Positions 19,679 through 28,902 of a stretch of 32,000 bases of DNA are shown here, piece by piece. The position numbers and the translations under genes are program-made. The notes below the pieces were generated by a model. It had not been told where the DNA came from. It searched no databases and saw nothing but the letters and a program-made list of their open reading frames with translations. Position 1 is the first letter of the stretch, and each line of letters starts with the position of its first letter. The stretch is taken from contig NC_008789.1 of NCBI RefSeq assembly GCF_000015585.1, forward strand, positions 2,310,001 through 2,342,000, given 5' to 3'. The DNA is from Halorhodospira halophila SL1 (GTDB lineage Bacteria > Pseudomonadota > Gammaproteobacteria > Nitrococcales > Halorhodospiraceae).

Positions 19679-20196
19679 AAACGGCCGCGCACGGGCCGGT
19701 CATCCCCGGTCTGCTGGTCACCGTCCACGGTCGCGGGGTTCTGCTCGAGGGGCCCAGCGGCGCGGGCAAGAGTGATACGGCCCTGGCCCTGCTCGACCGC
19801 GGCCACGCGCTGGTGGCCGATGACGCCGTGCAGCTGCGCCGCGAGGGGGACCGTCTGCTCGGCACCGGCCCCCAACAGGGGCGGGGGCTGTTGCACCTGC
19901 GTGACCTGGGCCTGGTGGATGTCACGGAACTCTACGGCCCTGAGGCATTCCGCAACGAGGCCGCCGTGGCACTGTGCATCCAGCTGCAGCCGACCCCCGG
20001 CACCACCGAAGCCGAAGCCGCCCTGCATGGTCGGCGCGACCACCGTCGGCTGCTGGAGCTAAGCCTCCCCCGGATCACCCTGACCGACAGCCACCGCCGT
20101 CCACTGGCCCCGCTGGTCGAGGCCGCGTCCAGCAGCCGGGCCGCAGTGTCCGTTGCGCACCACGGCGCTCGCAGCGACCGCGGGGTGCCAGCATGA
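19651..20196 (+). CDS. hprK: HPr kinase/phosphorylase, catalytic C-terminal domain only (short form)
   Basis: LLVTVHGRGVLLEGPSGAGKSDTALALLDRGHALVADDAV matches the P-loop and LVADD core of HprK/P, and LHLRDLGLVDV resembles the (E/D)IRGLGII signature. There is no N-terminal domain. The start is ATG 19651 or GTG 19675 (GTGA overlap with the ptsN stop). Confidence 0.75.
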   Translation: MAVTSRPVVKTAAHGPVIPGLLVTVHGRGVLLEGPSGAGKSDTALALLDRGHALVADDAVQLRREGDRLLGTGPQQGRGLLHLRDLGLVDVTELYGPEAFRNEAAVALCIQLQPTPGTTEAEAALHGRRDHRRLLELSLPRITLTDSHRRPLAPLVEAASSSRAAVSVAHHGARSDRGVPA

Positions 20197-21056
20197 GTGG
20201 GCTGCGCCTGATCGTGGTCAGCGGCCTCTCGGGGTCGGGCAAGAGTGTCGCCCTGCACACCCTCGAAGACGCCGGCTATTACTGCATCGACAACCTGCCG
20301 GTGAGCCTGATCGGCGAGCTGGCCCGCTACGCCCAGAACCGCGACGCACCCACCGGAGAGCGCTTCGCCGTGGGGCTGGACGCACGCAACCCGCCCCACG
20401 ACCTGCAATGCCTGCCGGAGACCCTCACTGCACTGCGCGAGCAGGGCATCGCCACGGAGGTGCTGTTCCTCTACGCCGAGGACTCCATCCTCATGCGCCG
20501 TTACAGCGAGACGCGCCGTCGCCACCCGCTGGCCGAAGGCGACCAGCCCCTGGCCGACGCCCTGCGCGCCGAGCGCACGCTGCTCGAGCCACTACGCGAG
20601 GTCGCCGACTGGAGCATCGACACCTCGCGGACCACCGTCCACGACCTGCGCGGTCTGATCTCCGAGCGGGTAGCCGGCGAGCGCAGTGGCCTGTCGGTGC
20701 TGGTCCAGTCCTTCGGCTTCAAGCACGGCATCCCCACCGATGCCGACTACGTCTTCGATGCCCGCTGCCTGCCCAATCCGCACTGGGAACCGCAGCTGCG
20801 CGCCTATACCGGCTGCGACGACTGCGTCCGCGCCTTCCTCGAGTCCCAGCCCGAGACCGAGATCCTCTTCGGCCAGATCGACACGCTCATCCGCTACTGG
20901 CTGCCGGTCCACCAGCAGGCAGGGCGCAGCTACCTGACCGTGGCCGTCGGCTGCACCGGTGGGCAGCACCGCTCGGTCTACCTGGCCGAGCGCCTGGCCG
21001 AGTCGCTGCAGGAAGGGTGCAGCCACGTGAGCCTGCGCCACCGGGAGCTGTCATGA
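20193..21056 (+). CDS. rapZ: RNase adapter protein RapZ (YhbJ, P-loop NTPase)
   Basis: MSGLRLIVVSGLSGSGKSVALHTLEDAGYYCIDNLP.., FGFKHGIP, DARCLPNPHW, GCTGGQHRSV. ATGA overlap with hprK. Confidence 0.93.
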   Translation: MSGLRLIVVSGLSGSGKSVALHTLEDAGYYCIDNLPVSLIGELARYAQNRDAPTGERFAVGLDARNPPHDLQCLPETLTALREQGIATEVLFLYAEDSILMRRYSETRRRHPLAEGDQPLADALRAERTLLEPLREVADWSIDTSRTTVHDLRGLISERVAGERSGLSVLVQSFGFKHGIPTDADYVFDARCLPNPHWEPQLRAYTGCDDCVRAFLESQPETEILFGQIDTLIRYWLPVHQQAGRSYLTVAVGCTGGQHRSVYLAERLAESLQEGCSHVSLRHRELS

Positions 21057-21457
21057 GGGTTGGGCTGCTGATCGTCGCGCACCGGCACATCGGCTCGGAG
21101 ATCCTGGCCACGGCCTCGCGCACGCTGGGCATCTGCCCGCTGCAGACGGAATCGCTGGAGGTCCTCAACGAGGACGAGCGCAACGAGCTGCTCGAGCGCG
21201 CCGGGGCGCTGATCACCCAGCTCGACCAGGGGGCCGGGGTGCTCATCCTCTCCGACGCCTACGGCTCCACCCCCTCCAACGTGGCGGTGGCGGCCAGCAC
21301 CCACCGCCGCTGCCGGGTGGTGACCGGCCTCAACCTGCCGATGCTCCTGCGGGTGTTCAACTACCCCGGGCGATCCCTTGAGGAACTGGCCGAATCCGCG
21401 GCCGCCGGCGGCCGAGCCGGTATCATCGCGGTCGGCGAAGGAGCACCGCCGTCATGA
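21053..21457 (+). CDS. PTS EIIA component, mannose/fructose (Man) family, stand-alone
   Basis: MRVGLLIVAHRHIGSEIL.. has the His at position 10 typical of EIIA(Man), plus VLILSDAYGSTPSN. 134 aa. ATGA overlaps at both ends. It is the last third of the 434-aa track ORF 20153-21457. Confidence 0.8.
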   Translation: MRVGLLIVAHRHIGSEILATASRTLGICPLQTESLEVLNEDERNELLERAGALITQLDQGAGVLILSDAYGSTPSNVAVAASTHRRCRVVTGLNLPMLLRVFNYPGRSLEELAESAAAGGRAGIIAVGEGAPPS

Positions 21458-21729
21458 TCGAGCAACAAGCCACCATTCAAAACCCGCTCGGGCTTCACGC
21501 CCGGGCCGCCGCCCGCTTCGTGACCATTGCCAGCGAGTACGAGAGCGAGATCCACGTCCGCTACGGCGAAAAGCGCGTCAACGGCAAGAGCATCATGGGC
21601 CTGATGATGCTCGCCGCCGCCCACCAGGCCACCCTCACCATCGAGGCCGAGGGGACGGACGCCGAGCCAGCCCTCGAGGCCCTGGTCCGGCTGGTCACCG
21701 AGGGATTCGGCGAGACCGAGCACGGCTGA
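21454..21729 (+). CDS. ptsO: HPr-family phosphocarrier protein (NPr)
   Basis: NPLGLHARAAARF (His15 site) and NGKSIMGLMML (Ser46 site), 91 aa. Confidence 0.9.
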   Translation: MIEQQATIQNPLGLHARAAARFVTIASEYESEIHVRYGEKRVNGKSIMGLMMLAAAHQATLTIEAEGTDAEPALEALVRLVTEGFGETEHG

Positions 21730-21733
21730 TCGC

Positions 21734-21756
21734 CGCCGGGCGCTTACTGCCCGGCG
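21734..21756. terminator. Hairpin at the convergent npr/pmbA junction (possible bidirectional terminator)
   Basis: CGCCGGGC-gcttact-GCCCGGCG, an 8-bp perfect stem. The loop contains the pmbA stop codon and there is no T-run. Confidence 0.3.
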
Positions 21757-23090
21757 ACGGTCATCTCCTCGACCAGGATGGAGCCACAACGGATGTTCCC
21801 ACGGCGGTCCACGTCGCTGCCCACCACCTGGATCCCGGCGAACAGATCGCGCAGATGGCCGGCGATGGTGATCTCCTGCACGGGACGGTCGATGACCCCG
21901 TTCTCCACCCAGAAGCCGGCGGCACCGCGGGAGTAGTCACCGGTCACCAGGTTGACCCCCTGGCCCATGAGTTCGGTGACCACCAGCCCCCGGCCCATGC
22001 GCCGGATCAGCCCTTCGAAGTCCTCCCCGGCGCCCCCCGAAACCTCCAGGTTGTGGACCCCGCCGGCATTGGCCGTGGTCTCCAGCCCCAGGCGCCGCGC
22101 CGAGTAGCTGTCGAGCACGTAGCGCTGCAGCACCCCGTCCTGGACCAGCGCCGAATCGGCAGTGGCGACCCCCTCGGCATCGAAGGCGGTACTCCCCAGG
22201 GCCTGGCGGATATGCGGCCGCTCGACCATCTGCAGCCACGCCGGGAAGAGCTGCTCGCCGGCGCTGTCCACCAGGAACGACGCCTGCCGGTACAGCGCGC
22301 TGCCGCGCACCGCCGAGACCAAGTGGCCGACCAGCCCGCGGGCCACCGGGGCACGGAACAGCACCGGCACCCGCTCGGTGCTCAGACTCTCGGCACCGAG
22401 CCGCGCGACCGCGTGCTCGGCCGCCTGCCGCCCCACGCTCCGGGCGTCCTCCAGGGCCGCCGGATCGCGGGCCACGGTGTACCAATAGTCTCGCTGCATG
22501 GCTTCGCCGCGGCCGGCCACCGCCACGCAGTGGATGCTGTGCCGCGACTCCGGGAGCACCGAGAAGAAGCCGTGGCTGTTGCCGTAGGCGTGCAGGCCTC
22601 GGTGGATGCTCACCCCGGCCCCCTCGGTATTCTCGATGCGCGGGTCGGCCTCGACCGCCGCAGACTCGCAGTCACGGGCCAGCTCGACCGCGTCATCCGC
22701 CGCCAGCGGCCAGGGGTGGTCGAGGTCCAGGTCCGGCGGATGGACGGCCATGCGCTCGGCCGGCGCCAGCCCATTGGCCGGATCCTCGGAGGTATAGCGG
22801 GCGATGTCGCAGGCCGCCTGAACGGCGTCGCGCACCGCCTGCTCGGAGAGTTCGCCGGCCGAGGCACTGCCCTTGCGGCCGCCGAAGTAGACCGTAACCC
22901 CCATGTCCCGTCCGCGGTGGTGCTCCAGGGTATCGATCTCGCCCTTGCGCACATTCACCGACAGACCGACATCCCCGGAGCAGGCCGCCTCCGCTGCGTC
23001 GGCGCCGTGCTGGCGGGCCTCGTCGAGGGCCTGCTGCACCAGGTCCTCCAGCGTTCCCGGGGCAGGTAGCTCGTTGCGTGGATCCGGCAT
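21744..23090 (-). CDS. pmbA: Metalloprotease PmbA (TldE)
   Basis: LSVNVRKGEIDTLEHHRGRDMGVTVYFGGRKGSAS and a C-terminal GDYSRGAAGFWVENG, typical of PmbA. ATG at 23090. Confidence 0.9.
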   Translation of the reverse strand: MPDPRNELPAPGTLEDLVQQALDEARQHGADAAEAACSGDVGLSVNVRKGEIDTLEHHRGRDMGVTVYFGGRKGSASAGELSEQAVRDAVQAACDIARYTSEDPANGLAPAERMAVHPPDLDLDHPWPLAADDAVELARDCESAAVEADPRIENTEGAGVSIHRGLHAYGNSHGFFSVLPESRHSIHCVAVAGRGEAMQRDYWYTVARDPAALEDARSVGRQAAEHAVARLGAESLSTERVPVLFRAPVARGLVGHLVSAVRGSALYRQASFLVDSAGEQLFPAWLQMVERPHIRQALGSTAFDAEGVATADSALVQDGVLQRYVLDSYSARRLGLETTANAGGVHNLEVSGGAGEDFEGLIRRMGRGLVVTELMGQGVNLVTGDYSRGAAGFWVENGVIDRPVQEITIAGHLRDLFAGIQVVGSDVDRRGNIRCGSILVEEMTVAGQ

Positions 23091-23142
23091 GGGTTCGCCT
23101 TTTCCGTTGTGAGTTGGGTTTCCAGGCAGCGGCGCGGTGCGG

Positions 23143-24615
<1,473 letters not shown>

Positions 24616-24623
24616 GCGGTCAC

Positions 24624-25484
24624 CTACAGCTTGCGGTGAAGGAGTGCCGGGAAACGCTCCCGGATCTCGTGCAGGCGGCTCAGGCTCACCTCCACGGTGA
24701 TCACCCCGGCGCCGCGTTCCAGGCTCTTCATGACGCGCCCCCAGGGGTCGACCACCATGCTCTCACCGTGGGTCTCGCGGCCGTTGACGTGGTAGCCACC
24801 CTGATTCGGCGCCACCATGTAAAAGAGGTTCTCGATGGCCCGGGCGCGGACCAGGATGCTCCAGTGAGCCTCGCCGGTGACAGCGGTGAAGGCCGAGGGT
24901 ACGGCCACGATCTCCGCACCCTGGTCGGCCAGCTCACGGAACAGTTCCGGGAAGCGCAGATCGTAGCAGACCGCCACCCCCAGCCGTCCGACGGGCGTAT
25001 CCACGACCAGCGGGGTCGCCCCGGGCTGCTGCGTGTTCGACTCGCGATAGGCTTCACCTGGAGCCACCTCCACATCGAATAGATGAATCTTATCGTAACA
25101 GGCCAGGCGGCCCCCGTCCGGACCATAGACCGGGGCCGTCGGCCGGACGCGCTCGGGGCCCTCGCCCTGCAGCGGGATGGTGCCGCCGACCAACACGATC
25201 CGGTGGCGCCGCGCCTGTTCGGCGAGGAACGCCTGGATGGGGCCATCGCCGTCGGGTTCGGCGTACTTGAGCTTGTCGGTGTCCTGATAGCCCATGATGG
25301 CGAAGTTCTCGGGCAGGACCACCAACTCGGCCCCGGCTGCGGCAGCCTCGCCGATGAGCCGTTCGGCCTCTTGGAGGTTGGCCTCCACATGCGGCCCCGA
25401 GGCCATCTGCACCGCCGCCACCCGGTGGCGCCGGGTCTGGCCATTCTCGGAGAGCCCTTTGGCTCGATTAGCGCTGTGTTGCAT
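24624..25484 (-). CDS. Carbon-nitrogen hydrolase (nitrilase superfamily) protein
   Basis: VAAVQM.., ELVVLPE (catalytic Glu context), YDKIHLFD (Lys), [12 protein letters not shown] (Cys). ATG at 25484 is chosen, whereas the track starts at a TTG. Overlaps the yhdP 3' end by 17 nt. Confidence 0.85.
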   Translation of the reverse strand: MQHSANRAKGLSENGQTRRHRVAAVQMASGPHVEANLQEAERLIGEAAAAGAELVVLPENFAIMGYQDTDKLKYAEPDGDGPIQAFLAEQARRHRIVLVGGTIPLQGEGPERVRPTAPVYGPDGGRLACYDKIHLFDVEVAPGEAYRESNTQQPGATPLVVDTPVGRLGVAVCYDLRFPELFRELADQGAEIVAVPSAFTAVTGEAHWSILVRARAIENLFYMVAPNQGGYHVNGRETHGESMVVDPWGRVMKSLERGAGVITVEVSLSRLHEIRERFPALLHRKL

Positions 25485-28400
25485 CCTCGACTCCAAGCCT
25501 CATGACGCGGGGCTCGTGCCACGGCCCCGCCACGCGATAGCGCACCGCCGCTGCCCGATCCACACCCTGACCGAGCAATTGGTCGGCCAGAAAGCCGCCG
25601 GCGGCACCCACGCCGCCACCGAGCAGCGCCCCAAGCAGCGGCAGCGTTGCCCCCAGACGCGGCTCGACAACGACGTGGTTGTCGTAGACACGCTGCGTCA
25701 GATCCATGTTCCCCGATATGGTAACGCGCGCGGCCGGACCCGCGATGCGCAGGTCGTCGACGTGGGCGTAACCGCCGGCGGCGGTGATCCGTCCGCTGAT
25801 CCGATCAAAGGCGAACCCCTCCCCGGAGAGGTCGGCGAAGTCGAGCAGGATCCGCCGCGGCAGCATGCGCAGCCCCAGCAGACCCACCAGGCGGCCAGCG
25901 CCCGGGTCCACATCGGTGATGCGTCCGTCGTTCATGCGCACCCGCACGGCGCCAACCAGGTCAGCCAGCTCCACCCCCCAGGGGGCCTGCGGCCAGCCGA
26001 GTTCGGCGGAGATGTCGACATCGGCCACCGTGACCGCGCGCGGCGCCTGCAGCAGCCCGAACAGATCCCCCGCATCGCCGCTGCGCAGCCGCCCGCGCAG
26101 CGCCGTACCGGTGGAGCGCCACTCCCCGCTGGTAACCAAGTGGAGCGTCGGCCCGCGGATACTGGCCTCGTCCAGGTATAGCACCTCCCCACGGGGGCGC
26201 AGACGCACCCGCCCGACACCGGCGACACGACCGGCGAGACGCACACTGGCGATGTCGACGTCCACCTCGGGCCAGGCCGCCGCCGCGGGCGTCCCCATGC
26301 GCGGCCGGGGATCGGCCAGCGCCGGCCCGGCGTCCGGTGCCCGCCGCGGCACCGGCAGATCCAGGTGATCGAGATCGGCCCGGACCCTCTGCAGCGCCTC
26401 GTCCCAGGTCACCTGCCCGCTGACCAGGTCCCCCCGCAGCGCCAGCTGACCCGGTTGATCGGCGGGCCAGTCCGCCGCCAGAGTCTGATCGCCGTAGCCC
26501 CGCCCCCCCAGGGTCAGATCGCCGATACGCAGATGACCGCGCAGCGGCAGGGGCGGCAACCAGTGCGACGCCGAGGCCTCCATCCGGGACAGACCTTCAC
26601 CCAGGCGCGCGATCAACCAGCGGCGCCAGACGTCGGCATCGAGCTGCTCCAGTCGGCCCTCGATGACGCTCCCCCGGCTCGGCAGCCGCAGCGCGCCGGC
26701 CCCGAGGCGCATCGCCAGGGCCTGCGGCAGGCCGTCTTCGTCGGCCGCGGCCCCGGCGCGCAGCAACTCGTCACCGTAGTGCAACCAGTACGACTCCAGG
26801 CCGCGGGCCGAGAATCCCACATCCACCTGCACATCGCGACGCTCGTCGGGCTGGACACCGAACGGCGCCGGCAGATCCAGCCCCACCCCCTGGAGGCCCG
26901 AGCGCACCCGCAGGCTGACCTCCGGCGGCTGCAGATGCGGCTGAAAGGCCGGCAGGCGAGCCCGGACCGCCCAGGGGGCCGCCCCGCTGAGCCAGGCCGG
27001 ATCGTCCGCGACCCCCTCCAGCAGGCTACCCGGGGAGCCGTGTCCGGCGGCATCCAAGAGGATGCGCGACTGCCCCCCCACCGAGGCGGTGGTGACCCCG
27101 ATGGTCACCGGCTCCCCGCCCCAGCGACCGTGTAGCCCCTCCGCGCTGTGCACCCCCCGGGCATCGAAGCCCAGGGCACCGACCAGGGCCTCGGTACGCA
27201 CCCAGGAGTCGATCCCAGCCTCGACGCCGTCAAGCTGGACGCGCCCATCGAGCAGCAGGGTCTCGGGGTGGGCCATCTCCAGCGGCAGGGCGAAGTCCAG
27301 GTCGAGGCTCATCGGGCCACTGGCGTACAGCGGCACCGGATCCCCGATCCAGTCGCGCCCCAGCGGCGAGCCGGCGAGGAAGCCCAGACCGCCGGCGGCA
27401 TCCCCCTCGCCGCGGCCGCGGACGGTCAGGATGGGTTCGCGCAGATCGTCGATGCCCACTGCCACGTCGCGCAGGTCCACGCCGTTGGTCACACCGCGTC
27501 CGGTGATGGTCATGCTGGCGTTGTGGAAGCGCAGGCCCGCGTCGATCCCGGTCAGCCGAGGCCAGCTACGGTCGTAGCGCAGCTGGGCGTCGCTCACCCT
27601 GGCGCGGACGTCGAAGACCCCCTCGCCGCCGTCGAAGGGGAAGCGGTCGGGGCGGCCGAAGAACAGCACCTCGATCCCGTGGGCGGTGCCGTCGAGCAGG
27701 CCATCCTCGAGCCACTCCACCACCGCCGGCGGCGTGATCCCAGTGGGGACGTAGGCCGGTACCCGTTCAACAGGGGCCTCATCGGCGCTGGCGCGAATGA
27801 ACAGCCGCGGCGTGTCGCCATCGCCCCCGGTGATCGACCCGCGGCCGCGGGCCCGGGTATCCGTGTTCTCGGCGACGACCCGCGGCAGGCGGAGCGACCA
27901 GCGCCCGCCGGGCTGCCAGCTGCCGACGAGCTGGGCCTCGGCCTGCTCCACGGCGATGGCCTCGGCAAACAGCCAGGGCAGATCGACCGCGGTCTCCGCG
28001 GCATCGAGCTCGGCCACCCACGCGCGGCCCGCGAAACGGGCCGTCGCCGACAGGTTGTCGAACCCCGGTGCCGGGCGTCGCGGCTCCATGCCCAGGGCGT
28101 TGGCCCGCAGGGCGCCGTGGGCGGCATCCGCCCGACCGTCCGCCCACTCCAGCCAGAGCTGGCCGTCGAGCGTCCCGGCCGCCCAGGTCTCGGCCAAGGC
28201 CGCCGCCCACGGCGCCACCGCAACCTCGTCGAGGGCCGCGTAAACGGTGGCCGAGCCGGGATCCCCCCGGGGCAGTCGCGCAGCGAGCTGCACCCCCCGG
28301 CCCAGCCCGGCACTCCCCTCAACACTGCGCAGCCCCAACTGCAGGGCCTCGGCACTGCGCCGGCCGGCGATATCGAAGCGGGCGCTCTCCAGCGCCGCAC

Positions 28401-28893
28401 CGCGGCGGGGGATCAACTCCAGCGCAGCGTCAGCCACCGCCAAGCGGCGGGGCATCTGATCCAGATCCAGCCGGGGCTCGCCACCCTCCCCGCCGGGCGT
28501 CAACCCCGGCAGCGACCAGCCGTGCCGATCCGCCACCAGGGTAGCGCGCACGCCCGCCGCCGAGGCGGCGGCCCAGCGTGGCGCCCCGGCACGCAGGCTC
28601 TCCAGCGGAGCCGGCGTCAGGGTGGCCCGCTCCAGGGTGATGGACGCCTCGTCACCAACCCGCACACCGTGCAGCTCGATCCCCGGCCATACCCCCCGCC
28701 AGGCGAGTTCGGCGCGCTCCACCGTCACCGGAGCCTCAAGGGCCTGGCTGGCCAGCCGTTCAACCGGGGATGTCAGTGGGGGCGCCAGCCAGACGAGCAG
28801 ACGCAGGGCGACCGCGCCGGCCAGCGCGACCAGGAGCACCGGACGCAGGCCACGCAGCACGCGCAGGCCGAAGCGGCGCATCGAAGGAGCCAT
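25468..28893 (-). CDS. yhdP: YhdP-family (AsmA-like) envelope phospholipid transport protein
   Basis: 1141 aa with an N-terminal TM (LRPVLLVALAGAVALRLLVWL), a long beta-rich body and a C-terminal ..AAVRYRVAGPWHEPRV. Located between rng and tldD as in E. coli. Confidence 0.85.
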   Translation of the reverse strand: MAPSMRRFGLRVLRGLRPVLLVALAGAVALRLLVWLAPPLTSPVERLASQALEAPVTVERAELAWRGVWPGIELHGVRVGDEASITLERATLTPAPLESLRAGAPRWAAASAAGVRATLVADRHGWSLPGLTPGGEGGEPRLDLDQMPRRLAVADAALELIPRRGAALESARFDIAGRRSAEALQLGLRSVEGSAGLGRGVQLAARLPRGDPGSATVYAALDEVAVAPWAAALAETWAAGTLDGQLWLEWADGRADAAHGALRANALGMEPRRPAPGFDNLSATARFAGRAWVAELDAAETAVDLPWLFAEAIAVEQAEAQLVGSWQPGGRWSLRLPRVVAENTDTRARGRGSITGGDGDTPRLFIRASADEAPVERVPAYVPTGITPPAVVEWLEDGLLDGTAHGIEVLFFGRPDRFPFDGGEGVFDVRARVSDAQLRYDRSWPRLTGIDAGLRFHNASMTITGRGVTNGVDLRDVAVGIDDLREPILTVRGRGEGDAAGGLGFLAGSPLGRDWIGDPVPLYASGPMSLDLDFALPLEMAHPETLLLDGRVQLDGVEAGIDSWVRTEALVGALGFDARGVHSAEGLHGRWGGEPVTIGVTTASVGGQSRILLDAAGHGSPGSLLEGVADDPAWLSGAAPWAVRARLPAFQPHLQPPEVSLRVRSGLQGVGLDLPAPFGVQPDERRDVQVDVGFSARGLESYWLHYGDELLRAGAAADEDGLPQALAMRLGAGALRLPSRGSVIEGRLEQLDADVWRRWLIARLGEGLSRMEASASHWLPPLPLRGHLRIGDLTLGGRGYGDQTLAADWPADQPGQLALRGDLVSGQVTWDEALQRVRADLDHLDLPVPRRAPDAGPALADPRPRMGTPAAAAWPEVDVDIASVRLAGRVAGVGRVRLRPRGEVLYLDEASIRGPTLHLVTSGEWRSTGTALRGRLRSGDAGDLFGLLQAPRAVTVADVDISAELGWPQAPWGVELADLVGAVRVRMNDGRITDVDPGAGRLVGLLGLRMLPRRILLDFADLSGEGFAFDRISGRITAAGGYAHVDDLRIAGPAARVTISGNMDLTQRVYDNHVVVEPRLGATLPLLGALLGGGVGAAGGFLADQLLGQGVDRAAAVRYRVAGPWHEPRVMRLGVEDATQR

Positions 28894-28902
28894 GACGGCG
28901 GA

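Noticed and set aside
20153-21457. 434-aa plus-strand ORF suggesting a large protein spanning rapZ
   Set aside because: The first roughly 300 codons are an out-of-frame read through rapZ (Arg/Pro/Ala-rich). Only the last 134 codons, from ATG 21053 (MRVGLLIVAHRH..), match a real family, EIIA(Man).
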